Of a stretch of DNA of 48,387 nt, positions 1 through 9,707 are shown one piece after another (positions within the stretch are counted from its first letter, which is position 1; each line of letters starts with the position of its first letter). Both the position numbers and the translations under genes were made by a program. Origin of the DNA: a virus (lineage: Duplodnaviria > Caudoviricetes). The stretch lies in the IMG/VR virus record IMGVR_UViG_3300017700_000797, positions 1-48,387 of that record; one strand, written 5' to 3'. The notes under the pieces were generated by a model. That model made no database searches and had not been told where the DNA came from. It saw only the letters and a list, made by a program, of their open reading frames with translations.

Positions 1-123
1 ACGTGGCAGAACAAGCTCACGGTCGATGCCGCACTGTCGACTGCTGCTGTCGAAGACATGATCATCCTGATGATGCAATCCCGCGACGATCGCGGCTTCA
101 TCGAGCCCCTGACCGGCCATCAG
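1..123. repeat. Terminal direct repeat (copy 1); assembly overlap of a circular/circularly permuted genome
   Basis: 1-123 is identical to 48265-48387, and the capsid ORF reads through the junction in frame. Confidence 0.95.
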
Positions 124-450
124 CTGATCGTTCACCCGAACAACATCTTCAATGCGCGTCGCATCCTGGGCACGCAAAAAGCTGTCGGCAGCGCGAACAA
201 CGACATCAACCCAATCGCAACGGACAATTACCTGTCCGGCGGCGTGATCAGCAATCCGTACCTGGCTGGCACCGGCCCGTGGTTCATCACCACGAATTGC
301 CAGGACGGCATGATCTACCAAGAGCGCGAAACGCTCAGCGTCTGGGAAGACAACGACTCCGACACCCGCAACTACAAGGTTGCGGCTTACGAGCGTTACG
401 TGTTCCTGTGGGCGAATCCCCGCGGCCTGTTCGGCTCGAACGCTCCGTAA
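1..450 (+). CDS. Major capsid protein, C-terminal part (continues from 47797)
   Basis: In frame with the ORF starting at 47797 across the junction, ~305 aa in total; C-terminus ...YERYVFLWANPRGLFGS resembles HK97-fold capsids; position after scaffold genes. Confidence 0.8.
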   Translation, partial: TWQNKLTVDAALSTAAVEDMIILMMQSRDDRGFIEPLTGHQLIVHPNNIFNARRILGTQKAVGSANNDINPIATDNYLSGGVISNPYLAGTGPWFITTNCQDGMIYQERETLSVWEDNDSDTRNYKVAAYERYVFLWANPRGLFGSNAP

Positions 451-475
451 GTCGGGGCAGTTTGCTGTTATTCTG

Positions 476-505
476 TGCGCGCATTACTGTCCGGTAATGC
501 GCGCA
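476..505. repeat. Dispersed palindrome copy 1
   Basis: TGCGCGCATTAC-tgtccg-GTAATGCGCGCA with TTCTG/TAAAA flanks, intergenic after capsid gene. Confidence 0.95.
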
Positions 506-535
506 TAAAACTATCCACCCAAAAGGCCAACTGCC

Positions 536-1273
536 ATGTTCACGTCCGCAACTACCAATTTTCCAGGTGGCGTCACCAACGCCGCTCCTTACCAGGCCAT
601 GGCGGAAGCCGGTACGCCTGATCCTTCGTGGTCGCAGCTCTACCACAACGAATTCAACACCTACATTGCGACTGACCTGACCACGACTCTCGTCGGTACT
701 GGCACCACGGCGCTTGCTGCTGAAAGCGGTGGCGTGTTGCTGTCGACCACTACCGCCGGCATTGCCGATGCCAACTATCATCAGTTGCCTGTCGCCGGCT
801 TCCAGATCACGCCCGGTTCGCCCCTCTTCTTCAAGGCCCGGCTGAAAATGGACTCCGCGACTCTCTCGTCTGTCTTCGCGGGCCTGATCATCCAAAGCGC
901 GACTCCGCTGGCCGCTGCCGATGGTCTGTACTTCCTCAAGGCGACGGGTGCTGCGACCTGGGTCCTGCGCTCCAGCATCGGTGGCGTGAACGTCGACACC
1001 GTGATTCCAGTCGGTCTTGTGGCAATTGCCGCTACCTGGATCGAGGTATCCTTCTATTACGATGGCCAGGGCAATGTCGCTGCGTTCATCAACCCGACCA
1101 CGGGCCCTTCCAAGCCGGCTGCCAATGCCCCTAAAGGCTTCGTGGCCCGCTACTCGCCAGCGGCTGGCTTTACCACGGCCATCCTGACTCCGTCTGTCGG
1201 TCACTTGAACTCGACCGCTGTTGCCCGCACGTTGCGTGTCGACTACCTGACCGTGTCCAACGAACTGACCTAA
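536..1273 (+). CDS. Putative virion structural (head decoration-like) protein
   Basis: 245 aa, Ala/Thr/Gly-rich, beta-rich, immediately after capsid gene. Confidence 0.55.
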   Translation: MFTSATTNFPGGVTNAAPYQAMAEAGTPDPSWSQLYHNEFNTYIATDLTTTLVGTGTTALAAESGGVLLSTTTAGIADANYHQLPVAGFQITPGSPLFFKARLKMDSATLSSVFAGLIIQSATPLAAADGLYFLKATGAATWVLRSSIGGVNVDTVIPVGLVAIAATWIEVSFYYDGQGNVAAFINPTTGPSKPAANAPKGFVARYSPAAGFTTAILTPSVGHLNSTAVARTLRVDYLTVSNELT

Positions 1274-1288
1274 CCACAAGGGGCCATC

Positions 1289-1696
1289 ATGGCAAACGTT
1301 TTCAATGTACAAGTTGTGCTGGATGGCCCTCGTAACGTGGTGATTAAGGTCGACGGTATCCTCGATACCAGTGACCAAGCCTCGACTACGGTGGCTGATC
1401 CAGCAACGATGACCGGCATCGACAATACCGGCGCGCTCAAGGCGCTGAAGCTGCGGCTGAAGGAAATCGACTACCAAGTCGAAGACGGACTCAGTGTCAA
1501 CCTGTTCTGGGACGCGACCACACCAGTGCTGCTGCAGTCCTACAACGGTCGCGGCAATAACTGCTATAACGACTTCGGAGGCCTGCCAAACAACGCCGGC
1601 GTCGGTGTCAACGGCAAGGTGCTGCTCTCTACCGAAGGCTGGGTCGGCATCAAATCCTTCTCCCTCGTGATGCGCTTCATCAAGACTCAAACGTAA
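1289..1696 (+). CDS. Putative virion structural protein
   Basis: 135 aa ORF with RBS (aagggg) in the structural operon. Confidence 0.5.
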   Translation: MANVFNVQVVLDGPRNVVIKVDGILDTSDQASTTVADPATMTGIDNTGALKALKLRLKEIDYQVEDGLSVNLFWDATTPVLLQSYNGRGNNCYNDFGGLPNNAGVGVNGKVLLSTEGWVGIKSFSLVMRFIKTQT

Positions 1697-1706
1697 AGGA
1701 ACTGCC

Positions 1707-1871
1707 ATGGCCCAGATGCCCAAACCAGTGGTGAAACGTTCGACGAAGCCCCCAGGCTCCCGTACCGAACAGCATTCCAAATCACGGCTGAAGCCCGGCT
1801 TCGGGGGCATGTCAGACCTCCTGCGTCCGAAACCGAAACTGCGCGAAACTACCAAGCCCCGGCTCAAGTAA
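1707..1871 (+). CDS. Small basic Lys/Arg/Pro-rich protein (54 aa, not in ORF track)
   Basis: AAAGGA RBS, ATG 1707, TAA 1869-1871; MAQMPKPVVKRSTKPPGSRTEQHSKSRLKPGFGGMSDLLRPKPKLRETTKPRLK; fills the gap between neighbours. Confidence 0.6.
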   Translation: MAQMPKPVVKRSTKPPGSRTEQHSKSRLKPGFGGMSDLLRPKPKLRETTKPRLK

Positions 1872-1890
1872 CAACTGAAAGGAACTCCAG

Positions 1891-2619
1891 ATGGCTACCA
1901 GCGGCACGTACGCTTTCACCGTAAACCGCGACCAGCTCATCGAAGCGGCTTTGCGCACACTGCAGGTCTACGGCATCGGCGATCCCATTCCGCCGCAAGT
2001 CGTCACGGATTGCGCGCAGGCTCTCAACATCTGGTGCAAGGCCCTTGTCAAGAAGGGCTTGCTGCTGTGGTGCATTCAGGAAATCACCCTGCCGATGGTT
2101 GCGGCGCAAAGCGCTTATCCGGTCGGTCCTGCCAGTGGCCACCCCCGTCCTCTGCGTGTCACCGATGCGTTCCTGCGAACGACTGCTTCCGGCACTGATG
2201 TCCAGCTCACCGTGACGAGTCGCTATGACTACGACACCTTGGGCCTCAAGTCGGCCGAGGGTATTCCGAATCAGCTCTTCTACGATCCGCAGCTCGTCAA
2301 CGGCATCGTGACGCTTTACAACACGCCAATTGACGCTTCCACGGTACTGCACCTCATCATCCAGCGACAAGTGCAGGACTTCAACCTTGCAGTGGACAAT
2401 CCTGACTTTCCGGAAGAGGCCTTCCAAATGCTCAAGTGGGGCTTGGCGGATGAAATCGGCATGGAGCAAGGTGCGCGTGATGCGACGCTCGACCGCGTCG
2501 CCAGCCGTGCCGCCCGCTACATGGAGGAGTTCGTGGACTGGCAGCAGGCACAGGAAGCTGCTTCCGTCTTCTTCACTCCAACCCGCAGTGCCCACAACCA
2601 AGGCGGAGGCCGGACATGA
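1891..2619 (+). CDS. Head-tail adaptor / connector protein (P22 gp4-like position)
   Basis: 242 aa, helical N-terminus (LIEAALRTL...ALNIW), FPEE...LKWGLA motif; podovirus gene order. Confidence 0.6.
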   Translation: MATSGTYAFTVNRDQLIEAALRTLQVYGIGDPIPPQVVTDCAQALNIWCKALVKKGLLLWCIQEITLPMVAAQSAYPVGPASGHPRPLRVTDAFLRTTASGTDVQLTVTSRYDYDTLGLKSAEGIPNQLFYDPQLVNGIVTLYNTPIDASTVLHLIIQRQVQDFNLAVDNPDFPEEAFQMLKWGLADEIGMEQGARDATLDRVASRAARYMEEFVDWQQAQEAASVFFTPTRSAHNQGGGRT

Positions 2620-3995
2620 GCGACCTCCGCCTTCCGCTGGCACAGCGCATCACTACGCGCGACGGTACACTGACCAAAGATTCCCTGATGAAGAACATGT
2701 TCCGGGAAGAGTCCGAGGGCAAGGTTGAAGCTGTGAAGCGCTTCGGCTATTCCTTGGAACGTACAATCGGAACGGATGTAGGTCAGGGAATGTTCCATTG
2801 GCTCTTGGGCAACTTCGCTGTCGTCGGTGACGTCATTTACGACATCGACTTCGGGACGACTTTCGCTATCCCTGCCACTACCATTCCCGACTTGCCCTAC
2901 GATTTCATCACTGACATTATGTTCGGTGTAACTCGTATCTGTATTCTCAAGAGCACGGCAGGCATGTGGTACTTCGACGGCACTACTGTTACGAAGGTAG
3001 TAGACGTTGACTACCCAGCCGCCACTGTCCGTGGCATTGTTCTGCTAGACGGAACTTACTACGTTATGACACTAAACGGCCTCATCTACGGATCTGGCAT
3101 CGACAACCCCACAACCTGGACAGCGCTCAATTTCATCGGCACGGATCAAGCCCTCGGACTGGGTGTCTGCCTCTATCGCCACCTCAATTACTGCTTCGCC
3201 TTCAATGACACCGGGCTGCAGGCTTTCTACGACGCCGCCGGCGCCGCGCCCGGAAGTCCTTTGCTCCCCGCCGGCAACGCCACTTACTTGATCGGCTGTG
3301 CACACGCCGGCAGTCTGGCTGCCATGGATGATCTCGTTATCTTCATGTCGAAGTCGAAGCAACGCGGCCGCAGCATCAGCGCACTGCAAGGTCTTACGCT
3401 AGTAACGATCAGCACCCCGTTCATCGACAAGATCCTCAACCGCAGCACTCTGGACACCGTCTTCGCTTACGGCATTAAGATTTCCGGTCACAGCTTCTAC
3501 GTCCTGACTCTTCCGAGCCTCAACATCACGCTGGTCTGCGACCTCGTTGCACGCGATTGGGCTGTCTGGACCAGCGGCGTGGCAGAAACCTACTTCACCA
3601 TGGGCTTCTACGTCAACACCGGCACCCGTGACTACCTCCAGCACATTACAACTGGAAGTGTCTACCAGGCCTCCACGCTCATTTATCGCGATGACGGCGT
3701 CGCAATCGCTTGCCGTGTGCGCACCACTCCCTACGATGGCCAGAGCTCCCTTTACAAGTTCTTCGACGCAATAAACTTGATCGGGAGCCAAGAGTTCACT
3801 ACTGTTTCTGTACGCAACACGAGCGACGACTATCAGACCTACTCTGCTTACCGTACAGTCGATATGTCCACAGATAGGAAACAGCTTCGGAATCTGGGCC
3901 GCTCACGTCGCAAGGCCTTCGAGGTGCTGCATACGGATAACACTCCGCTGCGACTTGAAGGGATTGATTTCGAGATTTACCTGGGTAGTTCGTAG
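2616..3995 (+). CDS. Tail hub / packaged-DNA stabilization protein (P22 gp10-like)
   Basis: 459 aa beta-rich, GHSFYVLTLP and RNLGRSRRKAFE segments typical of gp10-like proteins; ATGA overlap with adaptor. Confidence 0.65.
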   Translation: MSDLRLPLAQRITTRDGTLTKDSLMKNMFREESEGKVEAVKRFGYSLERTIGTDVGQGMFHWLLGNFAVVGDVIYDIDFGTTFAIPATTIPDLPYDFITDIMFGVTRICILKSTAGMWYFDGTTVTKVVDVDYPAATVRGIVLLDGTYYVMTLNGLIYGSGIDNPTTWTALNFIGTDQALGLGVCLYRHLNYCFAFNDTGLQAFYDAAGAAPGSPLLPAGNATYLIGCAHAGSLAAMDDLVIFMSKSKQRGRSISALQGLTLVTISTPFIDKILNRSTLDTVFAYGIKISGHSFYVLTLPSLNITLVCDLVARDWAVWTSGVAETYFTMGFYVNTGTRDYLQHITTGSVYQASTLIYRDDGVAIACRVRTTPYDGQSSLYKFFDAINLIGSQEFTTVSVRNTSDDYQTYSAYRTVDMSTDRKQLRNLGRSRRKAFEVLHTDNTPLRLEGIDFEIYLGSS

Positions 3996-4022
3996 TATAG
4001 TTGTTAAGTCATAGATATTCCG

Positions 4023-4052
4023 TGCGCGTATTACTGTGGAGTAACGTGCGCA
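4023..4052. repeat. Dispersed palindrome copy 2
   Basis: TGCGCGTATTAC-tgtgga-GTAACGTGCGCA, intergenic. Confidence 0.95.
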
Positions 4053-4085
4053 TAAAACATCCCCCAATCCCCACCTGAGCCAACC

Positions 4086-4691
4086 ATGAAAAACTTTCAC
4101 GCCATTTGTGCTTTGCCAGAATCGGAACTCTCCGCTTTGCGATTGCAGCTGCACCAGAACCCGCAGCTCTGGAACGCCAATCCAGCCCGACTGCGTCCTG
4201 GCTCCCCCCATGCCGGCACCAGCGACATCTGGGTGCGCGCGGCCGACGAAACAGCTTTCGCCAAGACCGGTGATTACACCGGCTTCACCGGTGAGCACGA
4301 ATCCATCTGGTATCCAGCCTACTATGCCTTGCCTGCGCTGCGGAAGTTGATCTTCGACCTCGCGCGTGGCGTGGAAGCGGAACGCATCGGCGACATCCTG
4401 CTGTGGCGCGTGCGCCCAGGGGAGCAAATCCTGCCGCATCGTGACGCCAGCTGGCACGTCGATCACTACGACAAGTTCAATATCTGCCTGGAAGCGAACT
4501 CCGAATGCGTATTCCGCTGGCCGGAGGACAACGAGAACCTGTACGAAAGTGCTGGCAGCGTCACTCGCTTCATCAACACCACTACCCACAAAGTCACCAA
4601 CCGCGGCGACACCGACTACATCGTTCTTGTTGTGTGCCTGCGCACGCATGATTACTCCCGCCGTTTCCAGGCCCCGCAGGTGGCAGCATGA
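4086..4691 (+). CDS. 2OG-Fe(II) oxygenase, aspartyl/asparaginyl beta-hydroxylase-like
   Basis: HxD...H facial triad: PGEQILPHRD ... FINTTTHKVTNRGDTD. Confidence 0.7.
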   Translation: MKNFHAICALPESELSALRLQLHQNPQLWNANPARLRPGSPHAGTSDIWVRAADETAFAKTGDYTGFTGEHESIWYPAYYALPALRKLIFDLARGVEAERIGDILLWRVRPGEQILPHRDASWHVDHYDKFNICLEANSECVFRWPEDNENLYESAGSVTRFINTTTHKVTNRGDTDYIVLVVCLRTHDYSRRFQAPQVAA

Positions 4692-5011
4692 CCACCCCGA
4701 CCCTCTTGCACCATTTCTGCGATGGGCAGTACATCAAGGAAACGCACATTGCGGCCGGGTATGAAGTGCACAAACACGTCCATTCCTTCAGCCATTTCAG
4801 CATCCTTGCAAAAGGCAGTGCTATCCTGAATGTCGCGGGCAAAGAGCAGTGGCTCGAAGCCCCTGCCATTATCAACGTTGCTGCCGGCACCCCCCACAGC
4901 GTCCGCGCTGTCACCGACATCGTGTGGCTCTGCACTCATGCCGTTGCCGAGTCAGAGTTCGACACCGACCCGGCTAAAATCGACGCGATCCTGATCGCAA
5001 AAGGAACCTAA
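4688..5011 (+). CDS. Cupin-domain protein
   Basis: HKHVHSFSHFSILAKG ... AGTPHSVRA cupin His motifs. Confidence 0.65.
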   Translation: MTTPTLLHHFCDGQYIKETHIAAGYEVHKHVHSFSHFSILAKGSAILNVAGKEQWLEAPAIINVAAGTPHSVRAVTDIVWLCTHAVAESEFDTDPAKIDAILIAKGT

Positions 5012-5012
5012 C

Positions 5013-5579
5013 ATGCCTTTCAGCTACGCGGGCTTGGCCATTGCTGCCTATGGCGCTTACAGCACCAACAAGAACCAGAAGGACGCCAACAAGGGGCAAG
5101 GTGCGGCTGCGGCTGCTGCCGATCCGTTCGCTTCCGAACGTGATGCCTATCAGGTTGACCTCAAAAAGCTCATGACTGGAAAGTTCGATCCCACTGACCC
5201 TTCCTACAAATGGCGCTTTGACCAGGGCATGGAAGCCGTAAATCGCGGTGCGGCTGCATCGGGCCTCCTGAACAGCGGCAACCGGCTGGCCCAGCTCCAG
5301 GACTACGGCCAAGGTCAAGCCTCCACCGAGTACGCGAACCAGTTCTCGCGCCTCTCACAGCTTGCCGGCGCAAACGTCGGTTCCCCAGCAGCCGCTGGTC
5401 AGATCATCCAGTCCAATCAAGCGAACACTGCCGCTGGCTACCAGCAACTGGCTACCGCTGCCGTCCCTTACGTGCAGAACTGGTGGAACAGCCTCAACAC
5501 CGGCGGAAGCTCTGCTAACGGCGCTAATGGTGGTGGCACGGAAGTTTCCGGCTACAGCGGTGCTGGTGCCCTCTATTAA
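5013..5579 (+). CDS. DNA ejection/transfer protein (P22 gp7-like)
   Basis: PSYKWRFDQGMEAVNRGAAASGLLNSG...LQDYGQGQASTEY motif typical of gp7-like pilot proteins. Confidence 0.65.
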   Translation: MPFSYAGLAIAAYGAYSTNKNQKDANKGQGAAAAAADPFASERDAYQVDLKKLMTGKFDPTDPSYKWRFDQGMEAVNRGAAASGLLNSGNRLAQLQDYGQGQASTEYANQFSRLSQLAGANVGSPAAAGQIIQSNQANTAAGYQQLATAAVPYVQNWWNSLNTGGSSANGANGGGTEVSGYSGAGALY

Positions 5580-5604
5580 CCCCCTTCCCGGCTAAGGAGC
5601 CAAC

Positions 5605-7068
5605 ATGGACTTTTTCGGAATCCTCAATCAAGCCGTCGGTGCCAACATGGCAGGTCAGCGTGTGCTGGCGGACCTCGACGAAAAAAAGGCTGACATCGCC
5701 TACAAGCAAGAGCAAGTCGTTAACGCGAAGCAGAAAAACGCGGAAGGTGAACGCAGTGCTGCCAACGACCGTGCTCTGGGTGACTGGATTCGCTCCGACT
5801 CGGAGCTGAAGCAAGGCGGTAGCGACACGGCAGCCGACATGGCGCAGCAATTTGCTCGTGCCAGCAAGGCTTCGGCCGAGCGTGGCGACTTCGACGGTGC
5901 CAAGAAGATGGCAGACCTGGCCCTCGGCCAGATCAACGTTGCGGGCAAGGAGCAGCTCCAGCAGGAACGGCAAGAAGCCGACGCTACGAACGAGCTGTCC
6001 GTCGCTGCCCAAAACGCACTGGAAGCCCCTACGCCAGAAAATCACAAGATCGTGGTGCAGAAAGCCATTGCGGCTGGCATCTCCCCTGCGGCGATCCCGC
6101 TCCCCGGCTCTACCGAATACGCTTCCTTTGCCAACCAAGCCGCCCTCGGCGCGATGAAGGGTACGAAACGGCTGGAGTTTATGGAAAAGCAGCGGGAGTT
6201 CGAGGCCCGGTCGAAAGAGCGCAAGGAGCTGGAAGCCGAGCGCAACAAGGACCGGGACGAAGCTCGCAAGGATCGCGCAGTGGCACGGGAGCAAACAGCC
6301 GCTCTGGCACAGCAAGGCCTCGATATTCGGAAGGAACTTGCGGCTGGGACTGTAGCGGCCCGCGTTGCGAAGGAAGCAGCAGCCGCAAACGGCGGTCTGG
6401 ACTCCGAAGGCTACACCCTGAAACCTTCCGCGACCTCGGAACGCCAAGCAACAATGGTAGTCAACGCTGCCAACGAAGCCGGGGCGGCCCTGACTCGCAT
6501 GTCCAAGATGGACCTCGGGACTCGTATCGGAGTGTTTGCTCACCTGGAAGACCCGAAAACGATCCTCAAGTCCCTCAACACTACCGGTACGAACAAACTG
6601 TCCAACGAGCAAGTGCAGATGATGCAGGCGAACGTGCAGATGCTGGGGCTGGAAGTCGCGCAAGCAATGGCGGCTCCGTACAAACCGAACAAGGAACAGA
6701 TCAGCGAAGCGCGTCGAGTGGTGGAGCCTATCAACGGCGATACTGAATTCACCGCTCTTTACCGGATGGCCTTGACTGCGGATATCATGAAGACCCGGCT
6801 GGAAGCGGTGCCGAAGCTGCGCTCGCTTGACAAGGCCCGGACAACTGCGGAAACGGCTTTCGACAAGTTCCCGACTGCGGCTGAAGTCTATGAAGCAGCA
6901 AAAGCGAAGGGGATTAAGCTCAAGCTGCGGAAGCCGAAATCGACCTTCATGGACCGGCTGGGGAACCTTGGCGGGGGCAGCAGCGATCCTGGCTTTGCCC
7001 CGGCCGACCCTGAGCCGACTCCGAAAGCCCGTCAGGACCTCCTGAACCTCTACCCCGCCAAACAATAA
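5605..7068 (+). CDS. Putative internal virion / ejection protein
   Basis: 487 aa, helical, Ala/Glu/Lys-rich, follows the gp7-like gene. Confidence 0.55.
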   Translation: MDFFGILNQAVGANMAGQRVLADLDEKKADIAYKQEQVVNAKQKNAEGERSAANDRALGDWIRSDSELKQGGSDTAADMAQQFARASKASAERGDFDGAKKMADLALGQINVAGKEQLQQERQEADATNELSVAAQNALEAPTPENHKIVVQKAIAAGISPAAIPLPGSTEYASFANQAALGAMKGTKRLEFMEKQREFEARSKERKELEAERNKDRDEARKDRAVAREQTAALAQQGLDIRKELAAGTVAARVAKEAAAANGGLDSEGYTLKPSATSERQATMVVNAANEAGAALTRMSKMDLGTRIGVFAHLEDPKTILKSLNTTGTNKLSNEQVQMMQANVQMLGLEVAQAMAAPYKPNKEQISEARRVVEPINGDTEFTALYRMALTADIMKTRLEAVPKLRSLDKARTTAETAFDKFPTAAEVYEAAKAKGIKLKLRKPKSTFMDRLGNLGGGSSDPGFAPADPEPTPKARQDLLNLYPAKQ

Positions 7069-7086
7069 TCAAAAAGGAAGTGCGCA

Positions 7087-9063
7087 ATGGACACTGAAGA
7101 ACTCTACGCCAACCTGGAAAAGGCTCATGCGGCTGGCGATACTGCCGCTGCACAGAAATTCGCCGACGCTATTCGTGCGGAACAAGCCAAGCAACCCCGC
7201 GATGCTATCGGGAGCGTGCCTGTGCATCCGTTTGAAGCCGCTGCTGATGCTGCAAGTGGCTGGTCGCCTTCCACGTGGTTCCAGAGCAAAGACCCGAAAG
7301 AGACGTCGCTGGAAGAAGCTGCGGGGAAGATCGGCGGTGGTGCGGCAGCAGGAGCAGCTGGCGGTGCGGTGCTGCCGGGGGCGCTGAAAGCGGCTGGCAA
7401 GCTCGTTCCGGGGGCTGCGGGGAAGCTGCTCAAAGGCCTGGGTGAGGGCATGGGAGCGCTGCCGCTCAAGGAACGCATGACGAAAGGGGCGGGGGGTGGG
7501 GCTGCGATGGGCGCGATTGAAGGTCTGGGGGAAGCTCTCGGAGCTCCGCCAGCATTGACAGCGGGGGCAAGCTTGCTCGGCAGTGGCATCGGCGAGTCTG
7601 CTGCGAGCTTCCTGACGAAGGAAACTGGCCAGATGCTGAAGTTCGTAGGCAACATGAGCTACGGCAATGTGGCTGGCGCGTCCCGTGCCTTCAGCGGTAT
7701 GCTCTCCCCGAACCGGCAACTGAACGAAGCAACGGCACGGAAATTGCAGAAGCAACTGTTCGGCGAACGGACTGAGGGCTATGTCAATGGTCTAGTGGGC
7801 AGTGAGAACCGCATGGCAGCGCAGGAAGCTATGCGCAAGGCCGATCCGAGCCTGCTGGCGGGGCCTCGCGCGGCTGCTGCAGGTCCCCGCGCTCCGTGGG
7901 AGACGTCGACTGGCGAGATGGGCAGCATGGGCCGGCAGAGCATGGGCCGGGATTTGGCCGCTGCAACGGGTCAACGGACACCTCCAGGCGGGTTTGCGGC
8001 CCCGGCTGAGCCTGCTTTGCTGGCAGGACAGGGCACGGCAGCAGGAGCAGCGGGCAACCCTCTCGCGCAGGCGATTCCGCTGGGAGGGGCAGGTGCTGCA
8101 GCTGCAGGCACTGGTGCGCCAGCAAAGCAGGCTTCCGCCGGGTTCGCAGCTGGCAAAGCAGGCGCGAAAGCGAAGTTGACCGCGCAGCAACAGGCGGCTG
8201 AAGCGGCGGAAACCGAAGCGGCACGGCTCGCACTCCGCCCTGCGAGCGAGATTTACCGCGACCGGATGTTTCAAGGGGTGACAGCAGGGGTGAAGAGCGG
8301 CAAGAGCTTCAGCACGACACCGGAATTCGGGGCTTTTCAAAAGGAGCTGGAGCACCAAGTTACGATGGGCAACCTGCCCAAGGCGAAAGCGGCGGAGTTG
8401 CTGCGGCAGCTGCGGCTGGACCGTGCGAAGGGCAGCGGCAACTCGCGGGTGCTGGAAGGCTACGCGGAGCTGGTCGACAATCAGATTCGAAAGTTTGGCA
8501 AACCGGCAGAAGGTGCGGTTGCTACCGGGGCTGACGCTATCGACAAGCAGGTTGCGGCGGGGATTCGGGAGTCGCTGCAGAAGAGTTACAACACCTACAC
8601 GCAGCGCCTCGGGCTGGGCAATGCCGAGAAGCAGTACCGGGCAGCCTACAGTGCGGAAATGCTGGCGGAGGCGAAGGATAAGCTGCCGCATTTTCTGTAC
8701 AAGGGCTTCGGGCAGGAAAGGGAGTTTGCGAAGCTGGCCCGGAACTTGGCGCGCGATCCGCAAGGCAAGCCGTTTATTCAGAAGGTGCTGGCGAAGCATC
8801 TGGCGAATCAGGAGCCGAAAGCTGTCGCGACGGAGTTCGAGCGGCTGCAGAGCACGCTGGTCAATGCCGGGTTGCTGCTGCCGGCGGAGTTGAAGCCGCT
8901 GCGGACGGGCGCGGAGTTGGTGCGGAAGACCGCGGACAAGGGGCTGCAGCAGAAACGGGCCGATACGCTGAAGCATTTGCTGCTGATGGCGATGACGCGG
9001 CAAGCGGGGATTGCGGGTGGCGGGGCTGCGGCGCGCCCGGCGGAAGTGGAGGAAGAGCAGTAG
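7087..9063 (+). CDS. Putative large ejection protein (gp16-like position)
   Basis: 658 aa, Gly/Ala-rich membrane-inserting-type segments; third gene of the ejection cluster. Confidence 0.55.
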   Translation: MDTEELYANLEKAHAAGDTAAAQKFADAIRAEQAKQPRDAIGSVPVHPFEAAADAASGWSPSTWFQSKDPKETSLEEAAGKIGGGAAAGAAGGAVLPGALKAAGKLVPGAAGKLLKGLGEGMGALPLKERMTKGAGGGAAMGAIEGLGEALGAPPALTAGASLLGSGIGESAASFLTKETGQMLKFVGNMSYGNVAGASRAFSGMLSPNRQLNEATARKLQKQLFGERTEGYVNGLVGSENRMAAQEAMRKADPSLLAGPRAAAAGPRAPWETSTGEMGSMGRQSMGRDLAAATGQRTPPGGFAAPAEPALLAGQGTAAGAAGNPLAQAIPLGGAGAAAAGTGAPAKQASAGFAAGKAGAKAKLTAQQQAAEAAETEAARLALRPASEIYRDRMFQGVTAGVKSGKSFSTTPEFGAFQKELEHQVTMGNLPKAKAAELLRQLRLDRAKGSGNSRVLEGYAELVDNQIRKFGKPAEGAVATGADAIDKQVAAGIRESLQKSYNTYTQRLGLGNAEKQYRAAYSAEMLAEAKDKLPHFLYKGFGQEREFAKLARNLARDPQGKPFIQKVLAKHLANQEPKAVATEFERLQSTLVNAGLLLPAELKPLRTGAELVRKTADKGLQQKRADTLKHLLLMAMTRQAGIAGGGAAARPAEVEEEQ

Positions 9064-9072
9064 CAAGCGCAA

Positions 9073-9232
9073 GTAGGGAGCCGGAGGCGAGAGTGAAGCC
9101 AGTGCTGGACGCTCTTGCCCACTAGCCGACGCGCCGGTCCCCTATTAGGAAGTGGGAGCAACAGTTAGCTGTTACGGTAACTGTTAAAGGGCGAGGGAGT
9201 GGTGGACATGACTCTCGCCTCCGGCTCCTTAC
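9073..9232. other. Long inverted-repeat-bounded structured element
   Basis: GTAGGGAGCCGGAGGCGAGAGT (9073-9094) pairs with ACTCTCGCCTCCGGCTCCTTAC (9211-9232), 21/22 plus one G-U; internal hairpin AACAGTTA...TAACTGTT. Confidence 0.75.
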
Positions 9233-9272
9233 AAGGGGGAGGATGCGGGGGAGCGTCGGGGGGAGGGTTCGG

Positions 9273-9302
9273 CGCGCGCGTTACAAAATAGTAATGCGCG
9301 CA
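9273..9302. repeat. Dispersed palindrome copy 3
   Basis: CGCGCGCGTTAC-aaaata-GTAATGCGCGCA. Confidence 0.95.
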
Positions 9303-9483
9303 TGGAATAGGGCCGGACTGCCGGAGCTACCGCTCGGAGCTAACCACCCGCGCCCTATTAACAAGTAGCAGCCAGCAGCAGTAGTAACAGCAACAGTTAA
9401 AGTGTCCCGAGAATGTGCCCGGAGCTAGCCCACCCAACCTACTGCCAGCCGCCCGACGAGGGGGGGGGTAAGTCAACAGAATT

Positions 9484-9513
9484 AGTTTAATGTGCACTGG
9501 CGGTATGTGTCAA
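9484..9513 (-). promoter_or_regulatory. Putative sigma70 promoter, antisense to the late operon
   Basis: Minus strand TTGACA-N18-TAAACT. Confidence 0.45.
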
Positions 9514-9630
9514 GCCCTAATTGCAAGTTGTCGGGCCGGGCGGTAGCCGGTGGCTGCGGCGGCTGTACTTGCTGCCAGTCCCAGCTCCTGTCACTGTCGG
9601 TCAGTCCCTCGTCGGTCTTGGGCCGGGGTG

Positions 9631-9669
9631 GCTGAAGCACGGAAGCGCTCGCTGCCCCGGTCGTTTTTT
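9631..9669 (+). terminator. Putative intrinsic terminator
   Basis: Upstream GGCCGGGGTGGC pairs with GCTGCCCCGGTC, followed by TTTTTT. Confidence 0.5.
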
Positions 9670-9677
9670 CGATTCCA

Positions 9678-9707
9678 CGCGCGCGTTACTCCCGAGTAAT
9701 GTGAGGG
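9678..9707. repeat. Dispersed palindrome copy 4
   Basis: CGCGCGCGTTAC-tcccga-GTAATGTGAGGG (AGG variant arm). Confidence 0.9.

Noticed and set aside
1-123. Terminal repeat as a biological DTR or attachment site
   Set aside because: It lies mid-capsid gene and is best explained as assembler overlap of a circular contig
335-9072. Long minus-strand ORFs (335-1867, 5524-7065, 7792-9072) and the similar 17292-18545 (+), 20086-21270 (+) and 45513-46493 (-)
   Set aside because: Antisense shadows of real GC-rich genes with no recognisable motifs
9073-9232. Retron msr-msd or diversity-generating retroelement
   Set aside because: No reverse transcriptase in the genome and no TR/VR pair seen near the tailspike
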